Below are positions 10,408 to 20,559 of a DNA stretch of 64,000 nt, piece by piece. The position numbers and the translations under genes are program-made. This DNA comes from an uncultured Nitrososphaerales archaeon (GTDB lineage: Archaea; Thermoproteota; Nitrososphaeria; Nitrososphaerales; Nitrososphaeraceae), in assembly GCA_963713605.1 (NCBI GenBank), contig CAVQMO010000001.1, forward strand, positions 960,001-1,024,000, in the 5' to 3' direction. The stretch's first letter is position 1. Each line of letters opens with the position of its first letter. Under the pieces are notes generated by a model, which was given only the letters and a program-made list of their open reading frames with translations, was not told where the DNA came from and made no database searches.

Positions 10408-10809
10408 TTGAGAATTGATCACATCGCCATTGCAGTAAAGGATCTTAAACCAGCTCTGGAGAACTTTAAGAATGTACTTAATATAGGCCATGTGGATTTG
10501 GAAGATGTTCCTGCTGAAAAGGTTAAGGTTGCCATTTTAAAACTTGAAGATACTAGGATTGAGCTGCTGCAACCGCTTGATGATGACAGTCCCATCTCAA
10601 AATTTCTTGTAGAGAAAGGTGAAGGGATTCACCACCTAGCCATAACGGCTGACGATATTGAAAAGGATATTGAGCGTGCTTCCTCTAATGGTGCGAAAAT
10701 TTTAGGCGGAATTCGCAGTGGTTCTTATGGCAGAAAAATAACCTTCATTCACCCAAAGTCAGTCAACGGGGTGCTAATGGAGATATGTCAGGCTCCTCCT
10801 GAATCCTGA
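10408..10809 (+). CDS. mce: Methylmalonyl-CoA epimerase
   Basis: IDHIAIAV, IELLQP, GEGIHHLA, FIHPKS; TTG start preceded by AGGAGG. Confidence 0.95.
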   Translation: MRIDHIAIAVKDLKPALENFKNVLNIGHVDLEDVPAEKVKVAILKLEDTRIELLQPLDDDSPISKFLVEKGEGIHHLAITADDIEKDIERASSNGAKILGGIRSGSYGRKITFIHPKSVNGVLMEICQAPPES

Positions 10810-10861
10810 AATGCACTCTGTTAAATTCCATCTCACTCATACAAAATCCTAGGGAGAAATA

Positions 10862-10990
10862 CTAGTTCAGGATACTAATCCAAGCGCAGGATCTGCATTC
10901 CAGAACAATTAACCCCTCTTCTTTTCCAAGAATTTTAAACTTTTTTGATCCGCACTTTACACAGATAGGGCATTGCCTGGCACCTTTCAT
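10862..10990 (-). CDS. 42-aa putative zinc-ribbon small protein (not in ORF track)
   Basis: Hand translation MKGARQCPICVKCGSKKFKILGKEEGLIVLECRSCAWISILN*; CxxCG...ECxxC pattern; same strand just downstream of the NMN adenylyltransferase. Confidence 0.6.
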   Translation of the reverse strand: MKGARQCPICVKCGSKKFKILGKEEGLIVLECRSCAWISILN

Positions 10991-11023
10991 GTCATTGGAG
11001 CATTGGCTGTTGTCGCCTTCTAC

Positions 11024-11614
11024 TTAATTGCTTTCCTTAAAAGCGGAAGTAGCCAATACACGTTCCTGTTCTATTTTAGTCTTTTTCAATTTCTTTAAAC
11101 GTGAGACCCCATCAATTTCCTTTATGAACAATGATACCGGCGTTGGAACAAGGTCTTGCCAATTGCCGTTTCGAACAATTAGATTTCTCACTCGAGTCCC
11201 GTTGAAAATCTTGTTCTTTACAAAAGTCGGTGATTTGACTTTCACATTTTTAGGTAGGAGGAGTTGCACGAACTGGTTGCCAGAATAGACCGTCGTGACC
11301 TTCGGAATCATGGACCTAATACTCTCAAACCATATGTGGTTATTAGAGCTATTCGGTACAGGAAGTACGTAGCAATTACACATCCTCAGGCCACGTTTTT
11401 TTAGGGTTTCGTGCACCATGGTAATTCTTTCACCTGCGGTGAAGGGGTCGTTAAAAGAAAAATTAGCCTCTGGGCTTCCGATCGCAACAACCAATTCTTC
11501 ACATTCAGAGAGTATTTGTTCTGCAACATTTAGGTGGCCTAGGTGGAAAGGCTGATATCTTCCTATCATTAATCCGCGAATTGTATTGTCTATGAACTCT
11601 AATCCACCTTCCAT
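11024..11614 (-). CDS. nadM: Nicotinamide-nucleotide adenylyltransferase (archaeal NadM type)
   Basis: GRYQPFHLGH, IGS, DPFTAGER, NGTRVR. Confidence 0.92.
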   Translation of the reverse strand: MEGGLEFIDNTIRGLMIGRYQPFHLGHLNVAEQILSECEELVVAIGSPEANFSFNDPFTAGERITMVHETLKKRGLRMCNCYVLPVPNSSNNHIWFESIRSMIPKVTTVYSGNQFVQLLLPKNVKVKSPTFVKNKIFNGTRVRNLIVRNGNWQDLVPTPVSLFIKEIDGVSRLKKLKKTKIEQERVLATSAFKESN

Positions 11615-13245
11615 TTGTCGAGATCTAGTTTACCCTTTTCAATCTTTTGGAACAAAGGTTGAATTTCTCCGATCTTATGATTTGCCTTCATATCCATTTG
11701 TGATGCACGGTTCCAATTCTGCTGGTGCACGTTACCAGTAAGACCTAGCTGATCCCAAATCCTTTCTGCAGAATTTGGGATAAACGGGTCCAACAAGATC
11801 GCCAGCGATTGCACAGCGTTTGCAGAAAGGTAGAGTGTGTTTTGAGCCGTTTGTCTTTCCTCCCAAGGTTTCTTTTTCTGAAAATACCTGTTTAGACTTG
11901 TACTGAAATCAAGTATCTCTCTCATCGCTTTTTCGATCTCGTTGTTTGAGATTGCAGTACCAACGAGCTCAGCGATACCTGAGATTCTATTTGTAATGGC
12001 AAGATCAATATCATCGTAAACAGATGGATTTGGAACATAACCATCAAAAGTCGTCTTAATAAAGGTCAGGGTTCGATGGATAAAGTTCCCAGCGTTTGCG
12101 ATGAGTTCATTATTTATTCGTTCAATGAATACATCCCAATCGAAGTTTATATCCGTTTGAGAATAAGGAGTTACCCGGGAGAGATAAAACCTTACATAGT
12201 CAGACGGAAATAATTGAAGGAAATCCCTCAGTCCTATATACCAGCCTCTACTCTTTGATATTTTTCGGTTGTTGAGCATTAAATGACCTCTTGTGGGAAT
12301 ATAGTCAGGAAGTTTGTATTCATTTCCAATTCCCATTCGTATAGCGGGTAGGAATAGATAATGATGGTACACAATATCCTTTCCAATAAAATGAAAAATC
12401 TCCGACCTATTCCATAGTTCCTTCCCATTGTTACCTCCAGATTCCTTTAAGAATGAGAGGAAACTAGAGATGTAGCAAATGTGGTTATCAAACCACCCGT
12501 AGAAAACCTGACCTCTGGCTTCTTCTTTTGGGACGGGCACTCCCCACGACAAGTCTCTAGTTATATCCCAGTCAATTAATCCTTCATCGATCCATTTCAA
12601 AACATATCTTGTGATTTCGGATTGGAGATTGGGGTTCGTAGTCAACCAATCTCTTAACTGTCTGGAGAAGGTTGAAAGTCTAAAAAAATAGTGTGTGCTT
12701 GTTTTTTTAACGGGGACTTTGCCACAGATTCTACATCTGGGTTGCAAAATCTTGTCTGGAACTCTGCCGCAATTCTCACACAGATCTGAATATTGATTCT
12801 CGGAAAGGCAAAAAGGGCATTTTCCCACTACGTATCTATCAGGCAGAAACTTCTTGTCAAACTCACAAAAAAATTGTATAACGTCTTTCTCGTAAATATG
12901 CCCATTCTTGCAAAGTTTGTTGAAAATCTCTTGCGTCAGCTTAACATTTTCTTCCGAGCTTGTCTGGGAAAAGTAGTCAAAGGAGATATCCAAAGATCGG
13001 AAGTCTTTCAGATCTCTATCTCTCCAGGATTTTACATACTGTTGTGGTGTAATTGACTCTTTCTCGGCGTTTATTAGAATAGGAGTGCCGAAGTCATCGG
13101 TCGCACAGAGATGATACACCTCCCTCTCTAAGTGCCTCCAATATCTAGTAAATATGTCGGCCGGCAAATAAGTTGACGCTATATGGCCTAAATGTATTTC
13201 TCCGTTCGCATACGGTAATGCACTCGTGATTATCAGACTTTTCAT
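11599..13245 (-). CDS. metG: Methionine--tRNA ligase
   Basis: SALPYANGEIHLGH, zinc-knuckle cysteines, IGKDI, KISKS. Confidence 0.97.
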   Translation of the reverse strand: MKSLIITSALPYANGEIHLGHIASTYLPADIFTRYWRHLEREVYHLCATDDFGTPILINAEKESITPQQYVKSWRDRDLKDFRSLDISFDYFSQTSSEENVKLTQEIFNKLCKNGHIYEKDVIQFFCEFDKKFLPDRYVVGKCPFCLSENQYSDLCENCGRVPDKILQPRCRICGKVPVKKTSTHYFFRLSTFSRQLRDWLTTNPNLQSEITRYVLKWIDEGLIDWDITRDLSWGVPVPKEEARGQVFYGWFDNHICYISSFLSFLKESGGNNGKELWNRSEIFHFIGKDIVYHHYLFLPAIRMGIGNEYKLPDYIPTRGHLMLNNRKISKSRGWYIGLRDFLQLFPSDYVRFYLSRVTPYSQTDINFDWDVFIERINNELIANAGNFIHRTLTFIKTTFDGYVPNPSVYDDIDLAITNRISGIAELVGTAISNNEIEKAMREILDFSTSLNRYFQKKKPWEERQTAQNTLYLSANAVQSLAILLDPFIPNSAERIWDQLGLTGNVHQQNWNRASQMDMKANHKIGEIQPLFQKIEKGKLDLDKWKVD

Positions 13246-13327
13246 GAGCTGTTTTGTAACCAGTACTCAAACGTGATTTGGGCCTGGATTTTAAACTTAT
13301 CCTTGACAAACGCCTCCTAATTTGCAC

Positions 13328-14545
13328 TCAAAATGACTTATTATTACCGTGTTCCACATTGATACCAAAAGACTTCAATGTGTACTCTGAAATCCTCTGA
13401 TCAATGTGTTCTGGAACGTCATACACCCGAGACTCTAATGAGCCCATTTTTTTTGCCAGATAAATTATAGACATCAGCTGGTTTGCAAATGATAATGCCA
13501 TGACTTCCGGAGGGTGTCCTTCGGCACCTACTAAATTGATCACTCGACCTGAGGCGAGTAAATAGACGCACTTGCCTTTAACCGTGTACAGCTGTATGTT
13601 AGGCCTAATCTCCTTTGGTTCATCATCTTGTGATTTCATGTAATCGATATCAATTTCAAAATCAAAATGTCCTGCGTTACAAAGCATTACTCCGTCCTTC
13701 ATTCTGTTAATGTGTTCCTTTCTAATAATTCCGTAGCCTCCGGTACACGTAATGAATATGTCCCCGTAGGTGCAAGCAGAAGACAATGAACGTACTTCAT
13801 AACCCTCCATGTGAGCTTCTAATGCTTTAATTGGATCGATTTCCGTCACTGTAACTATGGCTCCCATCCCGCGTAATCTAGAAGCAACTCCTTTCCCTAC
13901 CCATCCATAGCCGCACACGATAACGTGTTTACCGGGAAGGAAGACCGATGTAGTTCGCAATAGTCCATCGACAGTGCTCTGCCCCGTACCATAGCGGTTA
14001 TCAAACAAATATTTTGTTTGTGCATTGTTTATGGCTATTATTGGGTACTTAAGTTGTCTCGCAGATTCCAATTTTCTGAGTCTTGTCACACCACTTGTAG
14101 TTTCTTCTGTTCCTGCGACAATATTATTATCCCAAAACCTGTGTACCATTAAATGAAGTTCGGCCCCATCATCAGTAACAATTTCAGGTTTAAACCTTAT
14201 CACCTTCAACATGTTGTCGTGATACTGCTCAGAGGATTCGCCTCTAGTTGCGAAGACCCGTATCCCTTGATCTTTTAAAAAATAGGCAATATCATTCTGA
14301 ATTGACAACGGATTCGCAGAGCACAATGCCATTTCTGCTCCGAGTGCTTTTAGGACCATGACCAGTACAGAAGTCTCTTTTGTAATGTGGAGGCATATTC
14401 CTAGCCTTACTCCTTCTAAAGGTAACGCCATAGATTTAGAAAAGTCTTTAAATATGCGATCGATAATCTTCATCCTTGACTTTGCCCATTCATGTGATTT
14501 TCGACCGTCTAATACTAATCCTGATCTGGAAGATCTACCTGTCAA
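13328..14545 (-). CDS. ahcY: Adenosylhomocysteinase
   Basis: TDDGAE, EETTSG, FDNRYGTGQS, GYGWVGKG, GHPPEVM. Confidence 0.96.
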   Translation of the reverse strand: MTGRSSRSGLVLDGRKSHEWAKSRMKIIDRIFKDFSKSMALPLEGVRLGICLHITKETSVLVMVLKALGAEMALCSANPLSIQNDIAYFLKDQGIRVFATRGESSEQYHDNMLKVIRFKPEIVTDDGAELHLMVHRFWDNNIVAGTEETTSGVTRLRKLESARQLKYPIIAINNAQTKYLFDNRYGTGQSTVDGLLRTTSVFLPGKHVIVCGYGWVGKGVASRLRGMGAIVTVTEIDPIKALEAHMEGYEVRSLSSACTYGDIFITCTGGYGIIRKEHINRMKDGVMLCNAGHFDFEIDIDYMKSQDDEPKEIRPNIQLYTVKGKCVYLLASGRVINLVGAEGHPPEVMALSFANQLMSIIYLAKKMGSLESRVYDVPEHIDQRISEYTLKSFGINVEHGNNKSF

Positions 14546-14581
14546 TCTATAGTGACTTTGGGAGATAGTTTCCTTAATACA

Positions 14582-15063
14582 TTATCTTAGTGTATTTATT
14601 AAATTAAAGGATTCAAGTTCGTATCTGGTGGCGTTTGAGAGTAAATCTATCGATGTTTCGTTGAGCTTTGCATCCCCTGTTTCTACAAAGTCACGAAACA
14701 AGGCATAACTTGCACGCTCAGAATTCAAACTTTTTATGTAAAGATCGAGTGCTTCCTGGTACTTTAAGGGCAGGCCTAAAGGAAGAAGCCCTGTCTACCA
14801 AAAGATCATACTCAGAGAGGAAAGAATTGGTAATGTTGACGAGCTCGCGATCATCGGTACTGATCTCTCTCCCACTTCTCAATTTCTCTGTGATAATCTT
14901 CAGTTACGCCAGTTGAAGCGTCAACCAATGAATAGTAGTTCTCCAGGAACTGCTTTTCCTCAGAGATTTGTGAATTTGAGAGAGCAGCAAAATAGATTCC
15001 AACAAACGCTAATGCCACTATTATCCCAATTACAATAAAGGTCTTAACTCGCTTTTTCGACAA
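14582..15063 (-). CDS. Hypothetical protein with N-terminal membrane anchor and helical soluble domain (apparent frameshifts)
   Basis: ORF 14851..15063 (basic N-terminus plus TM helix); protein-like continuation in shifted frames (DDRELVNITNSFLSEY...; YQEALDLYIKSL...ELESFNLINTLR*). Confidence 0.6.
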
Positions 15064-15203
15064 GGCATTTCGTAAACTAGCATACCTATCATATCCGAAA
15101 TAAATGTTCCATAGCTACAATTTCCTTCAGACTCCCGAGATGACTGTTAATGACCTTTTTCAATAAATAGAACTTCTCATCTTGTTGCCTGGCATATACT
15201 GCA

Positions 15204-16612
15204 TTACATCTGGGAATTAGATTTTTCGACCTTCTTCCAGAATGTTCCTCCTGCACGATCCATTAATTCAATTGAGTATTTTTCCAAAAGTGTAGCCCTT
15301 ATTTTATCTGACTCTTTTGTACTTTTGTTCCGCCCTGAGTTGGTCTCTTCCAACAATCATGGCATTTACCGCTTGAACTTCATCATCTGAAATATCGACT
15401 AATTTTAGACCCAGCAAGTTCATTATTTTGTAATATGTATTGCCAGCTATTGTAGCAAGTTCTTTACTTAACACTTTGGAGAGAGCCATTCTGTTAATAT
15501 GGGTTACAAACTCTAGGAAAATCTTTAGACCCAAAGATGAGTTCAAGTCATTCTCCAGCGCCATTTTGCATCTATCTAAAGATTTTTTTGAAAAATCACT
15601 TATTTTTTCAAGCTCATTACTCATGTGAGTTCCAGTTGCCAACCTCAACTCCCATCCGCAATTTTCGATACTATTCCAGATGCGCCTCATCTCAACTAAA
15701 ATATCTTCCCTGTAATCAAGAGGTTTTGAGTAATGGACCGAATAGCAAAAAAGTCTGATTACATTTCCTCCCCATTCTGCTAGCGCGTTCTCAACAGTAA
15801 TAATATTCCCTAAGGACTTGGACATTTTTTCATTGTTAAATGTTACCATCCCGCAGTGAAGCCAGAGCTTTGCAAAACACTGATTTGAATATGACTCCGA
15901 TTGAGCGATTCTCATTTTCGTGATGCGGAAAAATGAGATCGTTACCACCTGAATGGATTTCTATGGTACTTCCAAGGTACTTCTCCACCATGGCGGAGCA
16001 TTCTATGTGCCATCCAGGTCTACCTGCTCCCCATGGACTAGGATAAAATGGTCTAGTAGAAGTAAATTTCCATAACGCAAAGTCCAATGGATGCTCTTTA
16101 GTATAATCAATTTCAACTCGCGCTCCAGATACTAAATCTTTGAGCGACTTTCTTGAAAGTTTCCCATATTCAGGAAATGAGCTCACTCTGAAATAAACAC
16201 CGTTCGTTGTCAAGTAGGCGTGACCATCTGTTAGCAATTTATCTATCATGCTCGTCATTTCAGCAATATTTTCAGTGGCTTTCGGATATTTCTCCGCCTG
16301 AACTATATTCAACCTGTTAAAGTCTTTTTGATATTGGAGTATGAATTTGTGAGCAATCTGTTCAGCACTCGTCGCTTCTTCCTCCGCCCTTTTGATTATT
16401 TTGTCATCAACATCTGTAAAATTCTGCACAAACTTAACTCTAAAGCCTGCGTCTCTCAGAAGTCTGTTAAGCAAATCAATAACAACTATGGTCCTAGCAT
16501 GCCCTATGTGGGATTTATCGTAAACGGTAACGCCGCACAGATAAATTCTAATGACACTATTCTGATGAGGTATCTGCTCAACGTTCCTTGTAAGTGTGTT
16601 ATAAAGTCTCAT
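15204..16612 (-). CDS. cysS: Cysteine--tRNA ligase (apparent frameshifts ~15910 and ~15320)
   Basis: CGVTVYD, HIGH, GRPGWHIECS, FPHHENE; KMSKS in second frame; ESDKIR..L...IELMD...TFWKK C-terminus in third frame. Confidence 0.95.
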
Positions 16613-16633
16613 ATCTGTGATACTTGCTAACGA

Positions 16634-16948
16634 CTAATCATTCTCTATTTCAAGGTATATTTGATCTTCAATGACTTTAACTTCGTATGTAGTCAATTGA
16701 ACACCATCCAGATAATCCAAAAGCTGCCCAGTTTTAATATTATAATGCCAAAAATGCAATGGACATTCAACTACTTCACCTTCTATCTTACCGGGGGCAA
16801 GCGAACCGTCTTGGTGACGGCAGAGAGCTTCTACCGCGTAATATCTACCATTCGCATAGAAGAGAGTTATACGATTTTCTCCGACCTTAACTTCCCTACC
16901 AGCATTCTCCTTGATATCCCCTACTTCTCCAACTTTCACGAGAGTCAT
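16634..16948 (-). CDS. Rieske [2Fe-2S] ferredoxin
   Basis: CRH...CPLH Rieske ligand pattern; ~104 aa from ATG at 16948. Confidence 0.92.
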   Translation of the reverse strand: MTLVKVGEVGDIKENAGREVKVGENRITLFYANGRYYAVEALCRHQDGSLAPGKIEGEVVECPLHFWHYNIKTGQLLDYLDGVQLTTYEVKVIEDQIYLEIEND

Positions 16949-17076
16949 TGTTAAAATATTTCCTTGGTGTTTCTTAGGATGTTTCAAAACATATGAATTT
17001 ATCTAGTAGCCTTAGCGTCCTAAACCATTCCTGGTAGAACATTTTGCAATATTGTAGGCGGTTCGTGAATCTATAT

Positions 17077-17265
17077 ATGGATGCACCTGCGTCTACTTTT
17101 CTATTGGACTCTCAAAGCCAGACTCGTGAAGATACAGGAATTTTGAAGTCATGTGCATTGTGTTCCAAAACCCTGGATCCTACTAAGGTGGTTGCATTAT
17201 GCGACGATTGCTTGAAAGTTGCTGACTGCTGCGTCGGCCTGGAGCGCGTTTCCGAAACGGAATAA
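17077..17265 (+). CDS. Small Cys-rich putative zinc-binding protein
   Basis: CALC-x12-CDDC...CC; ATG at 17077; fills the gap between two minus-strand genes. Confidence 0.55.
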   Translation: MDAPASTFLLDSQSQTREDTGILKSCALCSKTLDPTKVVALCDDCLKVADCCVGLERVSETE

Positions 17266-17269
17266 ATGG

Positions 17270-17823
17270 CTATTCAACTGTTTTAAGCGTATCAGTCACT
17301 GTAATGACGCCAATAACTTCTCCCTTCTCACTCACCAGAACGCATTTTGAAAATCTTACAAGTGGTATGAGTGCCTTCGCGGGTACTGAAATATCGACTA
17401 TAGGAGGAGGTGGTTCCATTATCGCCGATACTGTCATGCGTTTGATGTCCTTCTGATCTTTTTCGATCATGATTCGCGCTAGAAGGTCTTCACTTACGAC
17501 CCCTATCAATCTAGAGTCATTAAAAACAGGGAGTTGGCTAATCGAATGTTTCCTCATCAATTCAATGGCATCATGAAGTGTATCATTTCGATGAAGAAAC
17601 ATCAGTGACCGGCTGGAAATGTCTCCCGCCTTAATTGATGCCTGCCCCTCTAGCGAATTGAGTACTTCAAATATTTTCCTGGCTGTATCATAGCTGGGCT
17701 TACATCTTCCAGATTCGATCTGGTTAATCATTGAAGTGCTAATTCCAGTGTGTGAGCCAGATTTCTTTGGGTAAGTCCCAGTCTTATCCGTAGCTGCTTT
17801 ATATATTGCAGGTTTGGAAGCAT
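17270..17823 (-). CDS. XRE-HTH plus CBS-pair transcriptional regulator (apparent frameshift ~17765)
   Basis: MLPNLQYIKQLRIRLGLTQ...GISTSMINQIESGRCKPSY HTH followed by a CBS pair (ISQLPV, IGVIT). Confidence 0.88.
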
Positions 17824-17945
17824 GGATTGTTTGCCTTTCTTCTGTGGCGTTCTCTTATAATCTATGTCAATAGATTAGCCTCCTTAGCGTTCGGGTTTGA
17901 TAACCTTATATTCCCTATACGTTGATGTGATATGTTTTTGACTAA

Positions 17946-19253
17946 ATGTCCAAGAGCCTTACCTCAGAAAACAGATGGGATTCAGTAAGAAGATACAAAC
18001 TCACACGAATGATCAATGAACTGTCGGGTATTTCTGGACATGGTACTGAGCTTAGTCACGGTTTATATCCCTCCTAGAAGGCCAATTTATGAAGTTATTG
18101 CTCAACTCAGAACAGAAGCAGGCACGGCATCTAACATTAAGTCTGATTTGACAAGAACTCACGTTCAAGATGCATTGAGCAGGACAGTAGAACAACTAAA
18201 GCTGTTCAAGGAGACGCCAGAAAATGGTTTGATTATATTTTGTGGCGCTCTACCAACCGGGAAAGGCATAGGGACTGAGAAAATCGAAATATTTCCGGTT
18301 CTGCCTCCTAAACCTGTACAGATCCAGCTATACAGATGTGACGACCATTTTTGGACCGATCATTTGAAGGATATGTTGAAGGATGACAAGGCCATGGGAC
18401 TTCTCACAATTGACACCCAAGAAGCAGGGCTGGGGGTATTGTCGGGTGATAGGTGGCAGGTAGAAGACACATTGACTTCAGGTGTGTCAGGCAAACATAG
18501 ACAAGGTGGTCAATCGGCACGAAGATTTGAACGGTTAAGGGATAATGAGTGAAATGAATACTATAAACGAATAGCGGAGAGGGCTCATAGGATTTTGATT
18601 CGATCAACATAAAGTCAAGGGCTTAATTGTAGGAGGACCAGGGCCTACCAAAGACACGTTTCTCAAAGAAGAATATTTGGACTATCGACTTCAAGGTAAC
18701 GTTGTAGCAGGTACTTGATACTTCATATTCTGGTGAAGAGGGCGTAAGGGAGTTGGTAGACAAAGTCAACGATGAAGGAGTCATGGACGGATATCGGTTG
18801 ATGGAGGAGAAGAAGATAGTGAAAAGATTCATGAAGGAGGTTTATTCGGATAAGGGGTTGGGGATTTATGGAATAAATGACGTCATCAAATCCCTGCGAA
18901 ATGGGATCGTGGAACTTGTTATAGTTACCGACGATGTTTCTGTTACGATAGTAGAGACGAAATGTAGGAAATGCGCGACCCGCGATATTGAAATAGTAGA
19001 GAGGCCGCGTCTGCTGACGGTTAGGCAAGAATTGCTCTCTAGTTCATGCAAGAGTTGTGGGAACGCTGATCAAGAAATCAAAGAGAGAGACATTGTAGAA
19101 TACTTGGAAGAACTTACGAGTTCAACAGGCGCAAGGTTGGAAATAATCTCAGGAAAATCTGAGGAAGGGGCTCAAGTTTCTAGTCTTGGAAAAGTAGGAG
19201 CAATCCTTAGGTTTAGGCCGGCTCCCGATCAAACGAGCGGTGCAAATTTTTGA
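17946..19253 (+). CDS. prf1: Peptide chain release factor aRF1 (three apparent +1 indels and one in-frame TGA at 18550)
   Basis: TASNIKS, YRCD, GKHRQGGQSARRFER, GGPGPTK, GAILRF pieced together across frames. Confidence 0.95.
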
Positions 19254-19368
19254 ACTAAGACTCATCATCCGCTCTCTGCTTTACTGAGTTTGATACCTAT
19301 TCTGTCTCGCCAGGCCCATGAGTTCGATAACCTTTTAGATAATAGATGCGGTATATTTCTCAAGGAAA

Positions 19369-19548
19369 ATGAATCCCTGCTACATTTGCAATTCGAAGGC
19401 TGGAAGCAAATTCTGCCCAGTATGCAATCGGCCAGTTTGTAAGAACTGCATGAAGAATTTTCCGTTCTCTGAAAGCCTATGTTTAGAATGCGCAAAGGAA
19501 ATAAAAACAGGACTCGGAGGAGTACGGAAGGATGAGGAGATATTTTAG
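19369..19548 (+). CDS. 59-aa protein with four CxxC pairs, putative double-zinc finger (not in ORF track)
   Basis: Hand translation MNPCYICNSKAGSKFCPVCNRPVCKNCMKNFPFSESLCLECAKEIKTGLGGVRKDEEIF*. Confidence 0.75.
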   Translation: MNPCYICNSKAGSKFCPVCNRPVCKNCMKNFPFSESLCLECAKEIKTGLGGVRKDEEIF

Positions 19549-19739
19549 TGTGTGACCTAGTTGTGAAACCCTAATCCTAACCGTAATGTCTGTTTCACTT
19601 ATAGGATATCGCAAAGCAATCGCATTTGGTATCATGGTGCGTCTCCCTACACAGAAAAACAGTATTGCATCGATAACTGGTCTCAATCCGTGCGGTGCTA
19701 CTTAATATCGACTTTTGAATAAGAAGGAGCCGGCCAGAT

Positions 19740-20168
19740 TCATAAATTTTTCTTAATGCTGTTTGCTAATTCCTCAAGCTCCTTATAATCTGTTAGTCTC
19801 CTAGAAGGCCACTTACCATCTCGACTATCCTTTTCATATCTTGGAATTATATGAACGTGAACGTGAGGAACGATTCTGATTCTGCTGCTTTGCCGTTGTT
19901 TTGTCCAGTATTGAGACCCTGCGCGCCGGTGGCATTATACACGGCCGATGCTATCGTATGCACCACTCTGTACATTTTTCCAACCTCGACCTCGGTCATC
20001 TCAAAGAGGTCACTGTAATGATACTTAGGGATGTACAAGGGTATGCCCCGAGGTGATAGGATATTTGTCCATGAATGCCAAAAATGTGTTATCTTCGTAG
20101 ACTTTGGCCACCGGGGACTGGCCTTTGATTATCGCACAGAAGACGCAATACGTGTTCGTATCAGACAT
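19740..20168 (-). CDS. HIT family nucleotide hydrolase (apparent frameshifts)
   Basis: MSDTNTYCVFCAIIKG...FMDKYPITSGHTL; GQNNGKAA; histidine triad VPHVHVHIIPRY in shifted frame. Confidence 0.9.
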
Positions 20169-20311
20169 CTATTTGACTTCTTAATGGACGACAGCAGCGT
20201 TTATTTATTGTTTAGGGTCGGCATTATCGTTTCCTAAAATAGAGTACCAAGTCATGCTTTCTTACTTCTCAGCATATCTCATAAATATCATGAGATTGTC
20301 TTCATAAGATC

Positions 20312-20506
20312 ATGGTAGAAACAGTAGAGTTAGAAACGTTTGATTTGGTCTTCTCATTTCATTGTCCGAAATGTGATTACTTAAATGAAGAGATTTCAGC
20401 AAACGATCTCCTCAATAAAAATGCAGAATGTGGAATGTGCGAAACTGAATTCAAAGTGGAAGGCCTCGATGGAATAAAAATTATCGCAACGATTGAAGTA
20501 GCTTGA
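20312..20506 (+). CDS. Small acidic zinc-ribbon protein
   Basis: FHCPKC-x16-CGMCETEF; 64 aa. Confidence 0.75.
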   Translation: MVETVELETFDLVFSFHCPKCDYLNEEISANDLLNKNAECGMCETEFKVEGLDGIKIIATIEVA

Positions 20507-20559
20507 TCTCTATTTACGGATCACTAATATTAAAATAAGTATCGCAAGTCTTTAATCTT

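Noticed and set aside
18550..18552. Selenocysteine decoding of the in-frame TGA in aRF1 (and of the TGA in rpoP near 23685)
   Set aside because: The positions correspond to aliphatic, not Cys, residues; no SECIS or sel genes are visible; the rpoP case is explained by clustered insertions.
19265..19686. Minus-strand track ORFs 19265..19495 and 19483..19686
   Set aside because: No recognisable motifs; they are antisense shadows of the more convincing four-CxxC ORF at 19369..19548.
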